Origin: Candidatus Shapirobacteria bacterium
GTDB taxonomy: Bacteria; Patescibacteriota; Microgenomatia; UBA12405
NCBI GenBank assembly: GCA_016188545.1
Contig: JACPHO010000001.1
Location: forward strand, 355,324 to 419,323
Direction: 5' to 3'
Length of the DNA: 64,000 nt
Shown here: one piece after another, positions 44,000-54,236 of the stretch
Position numbering within the stretch: position 1 is the stretch's first letter
How the letters are laid out: the number at the start of each line of letters is the position of its first letter
Translations under genes and position numbers: made by a program
Notes under the pieces: model-generated
Seen by the model: the letters and a program-made list of their open reading frames with translations, nothing else
What the model was told of the DNA's origin: nothing
Database searches by the model: none

Positions 44000-44794
44000 T
44001 TACTTTTCAAACCCTCTCATTTCTGGTTGGTAGTCATATCTGGCAGGAAGATTGTTTATTCCCACTAAACAAAAACTATGACTTAGTTCTGTAGCAATCG
44101 AAGTATTCCTCAGGGTGTGAACGAGGAACAGATCAGGAAAATGAGTCCGTGATATCAAACTTGTTTGATCGCCATCAACCAATCTTACTGGGGTGTATTT
44201 CCCCAATACCCCACTCAAAAACATACCCATGGCCGGAGGTTTTGCACCTGAATATCCTCCTATGAACAAGTATGTCTCTTCAAGTGGTTCTCCTTTTGCT
44301 GTTACTGATTTAACTTCGTGAACAAACTCGTACACATAGCTGGCTAAACGAATACATTTTTGTTTTTTTGAGTTAGAGTCGGCTTGAAAAGGCATCCCGA
44401 TAATTAATGACTTTGCTTTTAACTCAACTTTGTTTAAGGCGTTGTCGAGTACTCTTGATTGGACAGTTGGTGGAGAATCGTCTGATTGTTGATGAAAAAG
44501 TGCTCCAGAAACTTTTTCAGCCATATCTTTTTCTGCATAAATTGAAACATAAGTTCGAATTATATCCACTGTCAGTGGTGTATCAGATTGAACTAAAGAA
44601 GAAAGATTTTGGACGAGGTCAATATAAAAACTCACAAAGTTAAGACACTCCCTTTTATCCCTGATTCCTTTCGAGTTATCAAACGATGAGACAACTAAAC
44701 TATTCATTCTATGAATCACACCAGTAAGTACATGTTCATTAGCTTCTGGCACACTCATTAAGTTCGGTTCGCTCACAGCTACATCAAACGTCAT
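44000..44794 (-). CDS. hypothetical protein
   Basis: 264 aa with no recognisable motif. Confidence 0.35.
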   Translation of the reverse strand: MTFDVAVSEPNLMSVPEANEHVLTGVIHRMNSLVVSSFDNSKGIRDKRECLNFVSFYIDLVQNLSSLVQSDTPLTVDIIRTYVSIYAEKDMAEKVSGALFHQQSDDSPPTVQSRVLDNALNKVELKAKSLIIGMPFQADSNSKKQKCIRLASYVYEFVHEVKSVTAKGEPLEETYLFIGGYSGAKPPAMGMFLSGVLGKYTPVRLVDGDQTSLISRTHFPDLFLVHTLRNTSIATELSHSFCLVGINNLPARYDYQPEMRGFEK

Positions 44795-44901
44795 AATGGA
44801 TTATAACCAAAACTACCTGCCAACAATCAACTCATATAGCCTTTGCATCATCCATTGATATTAGACCCGAAACAAACCCAAATAATTTGTTAAAATCAAG
44901 A

Positions 44902-46917
44902 ATGTCTTTTGAACTCGTAACCAATATGATCCCATCAGGTGATCAGCCTGAAGCCATTTCCAAATTAACCACCAATTTTGACGCCGGTATTGATCGTCAA
45001 ACCTTACTCGGAGTAACTGGCTCGGGTAAGACTTTTACCATAGCCAATGTCATAGCCAAGACCCAGCTACCAACCCTAATAATTTCTCACAACAAAACCC
45101 TAGCAGGCCAGTTGTACCAGGAGTTCAAAGAACTTTTTCCCAAAAACAAAGTCTCATATTTTGTTTCTTACTACGATTATTACCAGCCTGAAGCTTATAT
45201 TCCCGCCTCCGACACCTATATTGCCAAAGAAGTCGAAATTAATGATCTGATTGACAAGCTCAGGCTCGAGGCCACTTCAAATCTTTTTGAAGGAGCTGAC
45301 AATATCGTCATCGCTTCAGTCTCTTGTATCTATAATATTGGAGACCCGCGAGTGTTTGGAGACAAAACATTTGATCTAAAAATAGGTGACAATTGGTCAA
45401 GGCGTCAGCTTTTTGAAGAATTTGTCAAGCTTTATTACACCAGGTCAGAATTGGAATTCAAACGTTCCCAGTTTCGCCTCCGTGGTTCAAATGTCGAAAT
45501 CTGGCCAAGTAGTGCCGATTGGATTATCGCCATCGAATTTAGTCCAGATGACAAGATAATCTCCATAACTCAAAGGAACCCCTTTTCTGGCCATGAATTT
45601 GATCTTCAAAAATATCGTCTTTATCCAGCCAAACAGTTTGTCGGTGCCAGTGGTGAACTAAAAGATATTATTGCCAAGATCAGAAGTGATTGTGCTCTAG
45701 AAGTTGAAAAATTTAAATCGCAGGGAAAAATACTGGAGGCTCATCGCCTGGAACAACGTGTCGATTATGACTTAGAAATGCTCCAAGAACTAGGTTATGT
45801 CAATGGTATTGAGAATTATTCGCTTTACTTTGAGCCAGGCCGACAAACAAGTGACCCTCCGTATACATTAATCGACTATTTCCGCCACCTATGGAGAGAT
45901 AAATTTTTAACTGTCATTGATGAGTCGCATGTCACCGTTCCCCAAGTCCATGGGATGTATGGTGGTGACTTTTCCCGTAAGACTAATCTCGTCGAATTTG
46001 GTTTTCGTCTTCGTAGTGCATTTGATAATCGTCCCTTAAAATGGGAAGAATTCAACGACCGTCTTTCAAAAGTTGTTTACGTCTCTGCCACTCCATCTGA
46101 ATTTGAAATCAAAGACGCCCATGACAATGTCATAGAACAAATTATCCGCCCTACCGGACTAGTTGATCCACCCATCACCATCAAAGCCACCAAAGATCAG
46201 ATTCCCAATCTTATCAAAGAGATCGCGTCTCGTGTCGCCAAAAAGGAGCGGACTCTAGTCGTGACCATCACCAAAAAAATGTCCGAGGATCTGGCCAACT
46301 ATCTTTCTGACGAAAAAAAGACAGGAGTCAAATTAAAAGTAGCCTATCTTCATTCAGATATCGAAACTTTGGAGCGTTCAGATATCTTAGATAAGCTCCG
46401 CTCTGGTGACTTCGATGTCTTGGTGGGTATTAATTTGCTTCGCGAGGGTCTCGATTTGCCTGAAGTATCACTTGTCGCCATTCTCGATGCTGACTCCCAA
46501 GGTTTTCTCCGTTCTCGTTCTTCACTGATTCAGTTAATGGGCCGTGCTTCCCGTAACGTCGAAGGTCAAGTAATTCTCTATGCCGATTCTATTTCTGATG
46601 CTATGAATGCCGCCATTAAGGAAGTCAACCGTCGTCGCCAAATTCAACTCAAGTACAACCAGGAACACGGTATTACTCCCCAAACTATCATCAAATCAAT
46701 TCGGGCCCGAATTATCGAAAAACCTGCCGACAAAACCTTAGAAATACCCATCATTTCCGTCGATACATTATCACTTACACCAAACCAACGTAAACACCAC
46801 ATCTCTTCACTCAAAAAGGAAATGCGCACAGCAGCTGCTGACCTAAACTTCGAACTTGCCATCCGCCTCCGCGACAAAATCCTCGAAATCGAACACCTCT
46901 TTCATCACCTATTTTAG
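44902..46917 (+). CDS. uvrB: excinuclease ABC subunit B
   Basis: The helicase motif GVTGSGKT, DESH and a C-terminal UVR domain (ELAIRLRDKILEIE) are present. Likely start is the ATG at 44902. Confidence 0.9.
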   Translation: MSFELVTNMIPSGDQPEAISKLTTNFDAGIDRQTLLGVTGSGKTFTIANVIAKTQLPTLIISHNKTLAGQLYQEFKELFPKNKVSYFVSYYDYYQPEAYIPASDTYIAKEVEINDLIDKLRLEATSNLFEGADNIVIASVSCIYNIGDPRVFGDKTFDLKIGDNWSRRQLFEEFVKLYYTRSELEFKRSQFRLRGSNVEIWPSSADWIIAIEFSPDDKIISITQRNPFSGHEFDLQKYRLYPAKQFVGASGELKDIIAKIRSDCALEVEKFKSQGKILEAHRLEQRVDYDLEMLQELGYVNGIENYSLYFEPGRQTSDPPYTLIDYFRHLWRDKFLTVIDESHVTVPQVHGMYGGDFSRKTNLVEFGFRLRSAFDNRPLKWEEFNDRLSKVVYVSATPSEFEIKDAHDNVIEQIIRPTGLVDPPITIKATKDQIPNLIKEIASRVAKKERTLVVTITKKMSEDLANYLSDEKKTGVKLKVAYLHSDIETLERSDILDKLRSGDFDVLVGINLLREGLDLPEVSLVAILDADSQGFLRSRSSLIQLMGRASRNVEGQVILYADSISDAMNAAIKEVNRRRQIQLKYNQEHGITPQTIIKSIRARIIEKPADKTLEIPIISVDTLSLTPNQRKHHISSLKKEMRTAAADLNFELAIRLRDKILEIEHLFHHLF

Positions 46918-47235
46918 CTGATATGGCCGCCGTCATAGCAACAGCCTTCAGCTCTTCATGCCTCGCTTCAAAACCACTAACAAATCTGACAACTCCATGT
47001 TGATTTACAGTCAATGCAGTTGTTAACGGTGAAGTCTCAGAAAAAAATGCAACTGTTGTAGACATAATGGCGATTATATCACCAAACTAACTAAATCAAT
47101 AAATAAAATACCCGAAGACAAACCGAAGACTTTGACGTATAATTAACAATTGTTGCAATTTTGTCATAAATTTTTTGTAAGATAAAATTTGTGTCAAAAT
47201 GCAATCCGCCGAGGCGGATAGTTCCAAAGAAATAT

Positions 47236-49941
47236 ATGATTAACAAAATAACTGTCAAAGGTGCCCGCGAAAACAACCTAAAAAGCGTTTCATTTGAGTT
47301 CCCTAAAAACCAACTGGTTGTCTTTACTGGTGTTTCCGGATCCGGTAAATCCAGCATGGCTTTTGACACCTTATTTGCCGAAGGTCAGCGTCGTTATGTA
47401 GAATCACTATCATCCTACGCACGTCAGTTTCTTGGCAACATGCATCGACCCGAAGTAGATCAAATTGAAGGACTTTCCCCCAGTATTGCTATTAACCAAA
47501 AAGCTATTTCACATAATCCTCGTTCCACTGTTGGTACAGTCACTGAAATATACGACTACCTTAGACTTTTATTTGCCCGTATCGGTCACCCTCACTGTCC
47601 CACTTGTGGTCGTGAAGTCATGCCCCAGACTAGTAAGCAGATAGTTACTCAGATTATCGAAAGCGCCCAAAAATACTGCACCCCTACTACAAACTATCGT
47701 TTCTTTATCCTCGCTCCCATTGTTCGTTCCAAGGCAGGTGACTTGCATGGATTACTCGAAAACCTCCGCAAACAAGGTTATAAGTGGATTAGAGCTGATG
47801 GTAAGATAATTGATCTTTATTCTGACTTTGGCCTCACTAAGACTAACAAACACACTATCGAGGCTGTCTGCGACAGAGTATCGTTGAACTTTGAGCAGCT
47901 TAAAAAGTCAGAAGAGATATTTTCCCGACTAGTCGATAGCGTCGAACAGGCACTCAAGTTGAGTAATGGCTTGTGTATGGTGGCTCAAATAAATGATATT
48001 GGTTTCGACTTTCCTGATAGCCCCAAGGATTTAACTGATACCCTGTATTCCGAAAATTTTGCCTGTCCTGTCTGTAACTTATCTCTTCCCCAAATCGAGC
48101 CCAGACTGTTTTCGTTCAACTCACCCGAAGGTGCCTGTACAGAATGTAAAGGTCTAGGTAACAAATATCAGATTGACCGCAGTAAGTATCCTGAGTGGAA
48201 AGCCCGCTACTTAGAATCACGGTATTTTACTTCTCAATCAGAAACAATTCGTGAAGAGCTGGAAAAGTTTATGATCAAGACAAACTGTCCCGTTTGCCAC
48301 GGCTCTAGACTAAACCCAGATGCTCTTTCAGTCACAATCGAAAGCAAAAACATCCATGACATTTGCCAACAACCCATAGGAGAGTTGACCACCTGGGTAG
48401 ATGCCCTGGAATCAAAACTAAACAGTTCCAAGGAAAAAGAAATCCTCGATTCAATTCATCGCGAAATCCACACCCGTTTAGAATTCTTACTGGCAGTTGG
48501 TTTAGATTATCTGTCACTTGAAAGAGAAGCTGGAACGCTTTCGTCTGGTGAGTCACAACGCATCCGTTTAGCTTCTCAAATAGGTACCGGACTCACTGGT
48601 GTTCTATATATTCTTGATGAACCTACCATCGGTCTCCACTCTCGAGATAATGACAGGTTGATTGGCACTCTCAAAAAGCTACGTGATACTGGCAACTCAG
48701 TTGTGGTTGTAGAACACGATGAAGAAGTAATTCGTTGTGCCGATCACATCGTTGATTTTGGCCTACATGCTGGTAAAAACGGTGGTCAAATTGTCGCCCA
48801 AGGTAGCTTAGAATCTATTCTTAAAGACAAAAATAGTCTGACCGGTCAGTATCTCTCAGGAAGAAAAATAATCTCTACTTCTCTCCAGCCTGAAATAGTA
48901 CCCAAGCACAAATCAATCACCATCAAAGGGGCTCGTCAGTGGAATTTAAAAAACGTTGATGTTTCTTTCCCCCTAAATAAACTTATTTCCGTCACTGGTG
49001 TTTCCGGATCAGGTAAATCAACTTTGGTTCACGACACCCTCTATGGTGGAGTCAGAAAATCCACTCTTGGTACCTACTTTGGGACGATAGGTGAGTATGA
49101 CGAAATAACCGGTGCCGATGGAGTCAAGGATGTTTTATTGGTCGACCAGTCACCCATTGGTCGTACTCCCCGAAGCAATCCAGCTACTTATACAAAAGTC
49201 TTCGATGATATCCGTGCCCTTCTAGCCCGAACTACAGAAGCTCAGATCCGAGGATATAGTGCCTCTCGTTTTTCTTTCAATACCAAAGGTGGTCGTTGTG
49301 AGGCGTGTCAAGGTCAAGGACAAATCAAAATTGAGATGCAATTTTTAGCCGACATTTACGTCACTTGCGACGAGTGTCACGGTTCCCGATTCAAAGATGA
49401 AACTTTGGAAGTCTACTATAAAGAAAAAAACACTGACGAAATTCTCAAGCTCACTTTTGATGAGGCTGCTGATTTCTTTAAGAACATCAACTCCCTCCGA
49501 CGCAAAATTACTACTATTCAGGAGGCAGGCCTAGGCTATCTCCAGTTAGGTCAACCTAGCAACACACTCTCAGGAGGAGAATCCCAAAGACTCAAAATCA
49601 GCCGCGAATTAGTCAAGCGTTTTAATGGACAAATCCTCTATATTCTCGACGAACCTACTACTGGATTACATTTCTACGATATTGATAAGTTAATCAAAGT
49701 TCTTCGCAAGTTAGTTGATATGGGTAATACTGTGGTTGTTATCGAACACAATCTTGATGTCATCAAAAATTCCGACTGGATAGTTGACCTTGGGCCCGAA
49801 GGTGGTCATCGTGGTGGTGAAGTTTTGACATCAGGTACTGTTGAAGATATTATCGCTTGTAAAAACAGTTATACCGGTATCTACCTAAAAAAACATCTTG
49901 ACCAATTAGATGCTATCCGGCCAAAAAAAGTAAATCGATAA
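47236..49941 (+). CDS. uvrA: excinuclease ABC subunit A
   Basis: Two ABC modules are present (GVSGSGKSS twice, LSGGE, ILDEPT), with CxxC zinc-finger pairs. Start moved to the ATG at 47236 (MINKITVKG). Confidence 0.9.
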   Translation: MINKITVKGARENNLKSVSFEFPKNQLVVFTGVSGSGKSSMAFDTLFAEGQRRYVESLSSYARQFLGNMHRPEVDQIEGLSPSIAINQKAISHNPRSTVGTVTEIYDYLRLLFARIGHPHCPTCGREVMPQTSKQIVTQIIESAQKYCTPTTNYRFFILAPIVRSKAGDLHGLLENLRKQGYKWIRADGKIIDLYSDFGLTKTNKHTIEAVCDRVSLNFEQLKKSEEIFSRLVDSVEQALKLSNGLCMVAQINDIGFDFPDSPKDLTDTLYSENFACPVCNLSLPQIEPRLFSFNSPEGACTECKGLGNKYQIDRSKYPEWKARYLESRYFTSQSETIREELEKFMIKTNCPVCHGSRLNPDALSVTIESKNIHDICQQPIGELTTWVDALESKLNSSKEKEILDSIHREIHTRLEFLLAVGLDYLSLEREAGTLSSGESQRIRLASQIGTGLTGVLYILDEPTIGLHSRDNDRLIGTLKKLRDTGNSVVVVEHDEEVIRCADHIVDFGLHAGKNGGQIVAQGSLESILKDKNSLTGQYLSGRKIISTSLQPEIVPKHKSITIKGARQWNLKNVDVSFPLNKLISVTGVSGSGKSTLVHDTLYGGVRKSTLGTYFGTIGEYDEITGADGVKDVLLVDQSPIGRTPRSNPATYTKVFDDIRALLARTTEAQIRGYSASRFSFNTKGGRCEACQGQGQIKIEMQFLADIYVTCDECHGSRFKDETLEVYYKEKNTDEILKLTFDEAADFFKNINSLRRKITTIQEAGLGYLQLGQPSNTLSGGESQRLKISRELVKRFNGQILYILDEPTTGLHFYDIDKLIKVLRKLVDMGNTVVVIEHNLDVIKNSDWIVDLGPEGGHRGGEVLTSGTVEDIIACKNSYTGIYLKKHLDQLDAIRPKKVNR

Positions 49942-49974
49942 GAACCCAGTAATAATACATCACCCTCCGTCTTC

Positions 49975-50280
49975 TTATTCTTTCATTTCAAATGAATCAG
50001 CACCTATCATAACTTTTTGATTCTGTCTCAGTGCTACCATCCCAACTACTTCGTTATCAATCGCACTTATGGTTATTTCCGGACTCCCTTTGAGTGTCCT
50101 CAATCTTAAATCGGGAGCATCTGACCTAAATCTAATACTTGCTATCTCATGTACTACCACCAACTGGTTGACCGAGCTAGAATCAACACCTAACACGGCG
50201 TTGACATTAAGCCTATGATCACCCTCCTCAATAACATGTCTTTTCACCCCCGAGTCAATGTTCCGATGTATAAGTGACAT
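49975..50280 (-). CDS. hypothetical protein
   Basis: 101 aa with no motif. Confidence 0.3.
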   Translation of the reverse strand: MSLIHRNIDSGVKRHVIEEGDHRLNVNAVLGVDSSSVNQLVVVHEIASIRFRSDAPDLRLRTLKGSPEITISAIDNEVVGMVALRQNQKVMIGADSFEMKE

Positions 50281-50317
50281 ATATTTATAATATTATAAAG
50301 ACTTTTTAAAAAAATAA

Positions 50318-50674
50318 CTAATCGTTTGCGGTAAAAGAAAAGACCTCACGGTCATCAATTATCGTCAAAGACGCACCAACACTTTTCAATCGATAAATCA
50401 GTCTTTCTTTAGGCATTCTAGCATCAACTTCTAGTTCAATTTCTCCACCTCTCATTTCAATATGGTCTCTCAACCAAGGTTTTTCCAAATTAATCACAAT
50501 TGAGCCACTATTCACTCTTGCGGCCACAAAGAGGTTGGCATATTCGCCATCCAAATCAGCTAATAATCTTCTTCTACTTACCCGTGCACCTAAGCAATAT
50601 AAGTTATTGCTATTAACTTCTAATTCATCAGTAGCAAATTTTTCCACTAATAATTTCATGCCATATAGTATCAT
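50318..50674 (-). CDS. hypothetical protein
   Basis: 118 aa with no motif. Confidence 0.3.
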   Translation of the reverse strand: MILYGMKLLVEKFATDELEVNSNNLYCLGARVSRRRLLADLDGEYANLFVAARVNSGSIVINLEKPWLRDHIEMRGGEIELEVDARMPKERLIYRLKSVGASLTIIDDREVFSFTAND

Positions 50675-50685
50675 AAAGATATAAA

Positions 50686-51966
50686 ATGGCTAATATTGAT
50701 CTAAAAAAAATTCCTGCATCTCCCGGTATTTATATTTATCGAAATATTCTTGGTGAAATCATCTACGTCGGTAAGGCTATAAATCTTAAAAAAAGAGTTA
50801 CTCAATACTTTCAGCGTGATGATGCCCTGGGCCCGAAAACCAAAACACTTGTCGCTCAGATAAACACTATCGAAACCAAAGTCGTTGGCTCAGAAATTGA
50901 GGCTTTGATTCTAGAAGCCTCATTTATCAAAAAGTACCATCCCAAATATAATTCACTTCTCAAAGACGACCGAAGCTACCAATATATTTGTATTACAAAG
51001 GAAAAGCATCCACGGGTATTTAGTGTTTTTCAATCTCGTGCCGATGCTAGTCAAAACTTATACGGACCTTTTCCTAGTGGCTTGGCTGTCCGGTCGCTAC
51101 TCAAAATCCTCCGGCATATATTTCCCTATTACGGTCTAAAACAACACCAAAAGACCAAGTGTCTCTATTGCCATCTCAATATGTGCCCAGGACCACTACC
51201 TGACCCGGTAGCTTATAGACAAAACATCCGAAAGATTAAAAGTATACTTTCAGGCAGATTCACAACTGTCCAAAGACAGCTTAAAAAAGAGATGCTTCTT
51301 GCCTCCTCTTTGCACAATTTCGAACAAGCACTAATAATACGAAATCAATTAGATTCGATTAATTATATTGTCTCCGGTTGGCACAATCTTAATAACTTGT
51401 TTGACCAAATCAATCTTCCTGAAGATCGCCAAAGCTCAGCAGTATCTGAGTTAGTTACCACCCTAAAACCTTATCTGAACATCACCAAAATAGACCGTGT
51501 AGAGTGTTTTGATATTTCCCAACTAGGAATCAAATACTTTGTCGGATCGATGACGGTTTGGCAAAATGGAAAACAAGACCACTCCCAATACCGAAAGTTC
51601 AAAATAAATACTAAGGTAACACCTGACGATCAATATATGATCAAAGAAGTAGTCTACAGGCGTTTGCAACACCCAGAATGGGGAACACCTGACCTTATTG
51701 TCGTAGACGGTGGAAAGCCTCAAGTGGCTGCGGCACTCTCTGCAGCCATCCTGAGCGAGCATAGCGAGTCGAAGGATCTACCAATTATCGGATTAGCCAA
51801 GAAACAGGAAACCATCGTTATCAAACCGGATAAACAGTTTATCGAGATAAATTTACCTAAAAATTCAACAGCCTTGAACCTACTCCAATCACTTCGTGAT
51901 GAAGCCCATAGATTTGCCAACCGTTACCGTAAATCACTGATGCTAAAATCAATCAATGGTAACTAA
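50686..51966 (+). CDS. uvrC: UvrC-like excinuclease subunit, short form (GIY-YIG + Cys-rich + RNase H-like endonuclease domain; no C-terminal HhH pair)
   Basis: GIYIYRNILGEIIYVGKAINLKKR is the GIY-YIG motif. The UvrC Cys cluster CLYCHLNMCPGP and the C-terminal DLIVVDGGKPQ...IGLAKK are present. At 426 aa it is about 170 aa shorter than canonical UvrC. Confidence 0.7.
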   Translation: MANIDLKKIPASPGIYIYRNILGEIIYVGKAINLKKRVTQYFQRDDALGPKTKTLVAQINTIETKVVGSEIEALILEASFIKKYHPKYNSLLKDDRSYQYICITKEKHPRVFSVFQSRADASQNLYGPFPSGLAVRSLLKILRHIFPYYGLKQHQKTKCLYCHLNMCPGPLPDPVAYRQNIRKIKSILSGRFTTVQRQLKKEMLLASSLHNFEQALIIRNQLDSINYIVSGWHNLNNLFDQINLPEDRQSSAVSELVTTLKPYLNITKIDRVECFDISQLGIKYFVGSMTVWQNGKQDHSQYRKFKINTKVTPDDQYMIKEVVYRRLQHPEWGTPDLIVVDGGKPQVAAALSAAILSEHSESKDLPIIGLAKKQETIVIKPDKQFIEINLPKNSTALNLLQSLRDEAHRFANRYRKSLMLKSINGN

Positions 51967-52693
51967 ACCGCCACTTGTTTCAGTCATAACTTGTGTCAAA
52001 AATAACGAAGTTTATCTCCACAAATGCCTTAGTTCGATAGCTTCTCAAACTTACCCCTATATCGAACATATCATCGTTGAAGGACACTCCACCGATACCT
52101 CGCTTCAGATAGTAAAAAAGTATATTTCCGACCATCCACATAAAAACATTAAATTGTATATACGTCCAGCCAAAGGAATAGCTAATGCCCTAAATTATGG
52201 TATTTCCAAAGCATCCGGCAAGTTTGTCCATATTGTTCATTCCGATGATTATTACTATTCCCGTTATTCGGTTAGTAAGGCTGTCAAGGTTTTTAAAAAC
52301 AATCCAGGTGCTACTTGGATTGTAGGTAATCATTTACTGGATGTTGACGGACAAGTCGTTACTCTTGAGAACAGACTTTTAGCCAAAAAATTGGGTAAGT
52401 ATCTGATCTGGCTTTTACCATGGATGTCACACCAAAACATGTTTTACGACAGAGAGGTCTACGAGCATGGTGGTTTGTATGATGAAAGCTATGGCAATTC
52501 ACTCGATTATGAACAGTGGCTTCGCCTAATAAAAAAAATCCCAATTTTGGTAGTTAACGAAAAATTCAGCGTCTTTCGGGTTCACCTTAAAAGCACCACT
52601 TTTAACCCCATGAACTTACCTAGGTTGCTTTCTGAAAACTTTAGGGCAGTAACTTCCAACCTACTTTCTCAAAAGCTCCCTCATTCTAGCTAA
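51956..52693 (+). CDS. family 2 glycosyltransferase
   Basis: VSVITCVKNNE is the nucleotide-sugar binding start. DxD-like HSDDYY and the ED motif are present. Confidence 0.65.
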   Translation: MVTKPPLVSVITCVKNNEVYLHKCLSSIASQTYPYIEHIIVEGHSTDTSLQIVKKYISDHPHKNIKLYIRPAKGIANALNYGISKASGKFVHIVHSDDYYYSRYSVSKAVKVFKNNPGATWIVGNHLLDVDGQVVTLENRLLAKKLGKYLIWLLPWMSHQNMFYDREVYEHGGLYDESYGNSLDYEQWLRLIKKIPILVVNEKFSVFRVHLKSTTFNPMNLPRLLSENFRAVTSNLLSQKLPHSS

Positions 52694-54223
52694 GCCATTA
52701 GCCACCTCAGGTATCTCAAAGTGAGCTCTAGCCGGCTCAAGTTTTTTAATGATCCAGTCAGCTAAAGCGTTTTTAAGATCTAGTGGAAAAAGAGAACCAT
52801 CAGAATAACTGTTAACTACATCAGAGAATTTGCTAAAAGTAATATTACCTCCAAATTTGTCTGGTCTTTCAATCACAAATTCACCGCTCTCTTCTCCCCA
52901 AAATACCAATGTTTTAACCCAGTTTAGAAGAGGGTTGAATTCAACTACTTTTGGTGGACCATAGGCTTTTCGGATCTTATCCCTAATTTCATCAGGTGTA
53001 TCATGTATGAATATCGCACTTCCTGGCTTCGACTTGCTCATCTTTAAACTCTCCTCATCATTTGCACCTGTCTCAGGCGCAGTCAGCCCCGCAATCAAAT
53101 TTTGATGAATCGCTAGTGGCTTCCACTTGCCAATCTTCTCACCAACTTCTAGAGCTATTACATGAGCTTTACGTTGGTCTATTCCTCCGTGAGCCAAGTT
53201 AACATTCATTGTAAAAATATCTGCCACTTGTAGTGGTGGGTAAAACAGAGTTGCCATATCGACATCTTCTTTCATTTTCTTGCCCATAATCGAAATTGAC
53301 CTTAGGTTTCGAGACAAGGTAACGTGTTTACCTACTCTCATAAATGTTTCCCAATGTTCCGGATGTTGTTCGTATAGTTCTTTTCCACTAATAAATTCGA
53401 CTTGGTCCTCATTAACCCCAAAACATTTCAGCGAGGCGATCAATCCCTCCTTAAAGTAGCTATCTGTCGCAGTTCTAATATTCTCCCAATTACCTCCCAT
53501 TTTATTATTTAAAAAGGAATGAAAGTCAGCCAAAAATATTTTGCATTTAACCCCAGCCTTCAGAAAGTCAGCAATCTTTCCCATCGACATTAATCCGGTT
53601 CCCAAATGAACTAACCCAGAAATTTCAAAACCGATGTAATGCTGTATTTCTTTTCCAGACTCGATAAGTTCCTTTAAATCCACCTCAGTCAGCACTTCCT
53701 GACAGTTTCTAGTAATTAGTCTAAACTTTTCTTCTGTATTCTCAGAAAACACTGTCGACTTCAAAGATACCTTCATCTTCTCGAACTTCAACACTTTCAA
53801 GACATCTTTAGTTTTTACATTCAGTCCCGTTTTTATTTCACCACTTCCCATACTCCAAACATCCTTACAAAGTACATTTTCGTCCACAATTAGAGGAATT
53901 CCCAATACCAGTGGGCACACTGTACCCGGAACAAATCCAAATTCATCAAGCAGAGTTTCCTCATCGACTACGCTCCATTTTCCCACCAACTTCTCCAGCG
54001 ACAGACTGTCAATTTTTTCATTACCGTCTAGCACCACCGCCTTAAATCCATCCTTTGTTGTGATGACCAAAGTTTTTATAGCGTTCTTAGGATCGTAATT
54101 CTGATCAATCGAAGTATCACTCTTCCTGGCAGCAACTACCTCATCAGTAAAAGTTACTACATCAAATGTAATATTCTTTTGTTTTAATAATTTTATTACT
54201 GTTTCAAAATTCATAAATTTCAT
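52661..54223 (-). CDS. tyrS: tyrosine--tRNA ligase (archaeal/eukaryotic type) with an N-terminal YbaK/ProX-like domain of about 170 aa
   Basis: The class I core has HLGTG (HIGH-like), KIADFLKAG, LADFHSFLNN, GGIDQRK and KMSKS. These strings closely match eukaryote/archaeal-type TyrRS. The N-terminus FDVVTF...FGFVPGTVCPLVLGIPLIVDENVL...GSGEIKTGL follows the YbaK deacylase pattern. Confidence 0.75.
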   Translation of the reverse strand: MKFMNFETVIKLLKQKNITFDVVTFTDEVVAARKSDTSIDQNYDPKNAIKTLVITTKDGFKAVVLDGNEKIDSLSLEKLVGKWSVVDEETLLDEFGFVPGTVCPLVLGIPLIVDENVLCKDVWSMGSGEIKTGLNVKTKDVLKVLKFEKMKVSLKSTVFSENTEEKFRLITRNCQEVLTEVDLKELIESGKEIQHYIGFEISGLVHLGTGLMSMGKIADFLKAGVKCKIFLADFHSFLNNKMGGNWENIRTATDSYFKEGLIASLKCFGVNEDQVEFISGKELYEQHPEHWETFMRVGKHVTLSRNLRSISIMGKKMKEDVDMATLFYPPLQVADIFTMNVNLAHGGIDQRKAHVIALEVGEKIGKWKPLAIHQNLIAGLTAPETGANDEESLKMSKSKPGSAIFIHDTPDEIRDKIRKAYGPPKVVEFNPLLNWVKTLVFWGEESGEFVIERPDKFGGNITFSKFSDVVNSYSDGSLFPLDLKNALADWIIKKLEPARAHFEIPEVANGLARMRELLRK

Positions 54224-54236
54224 AAAGTAGTATATC

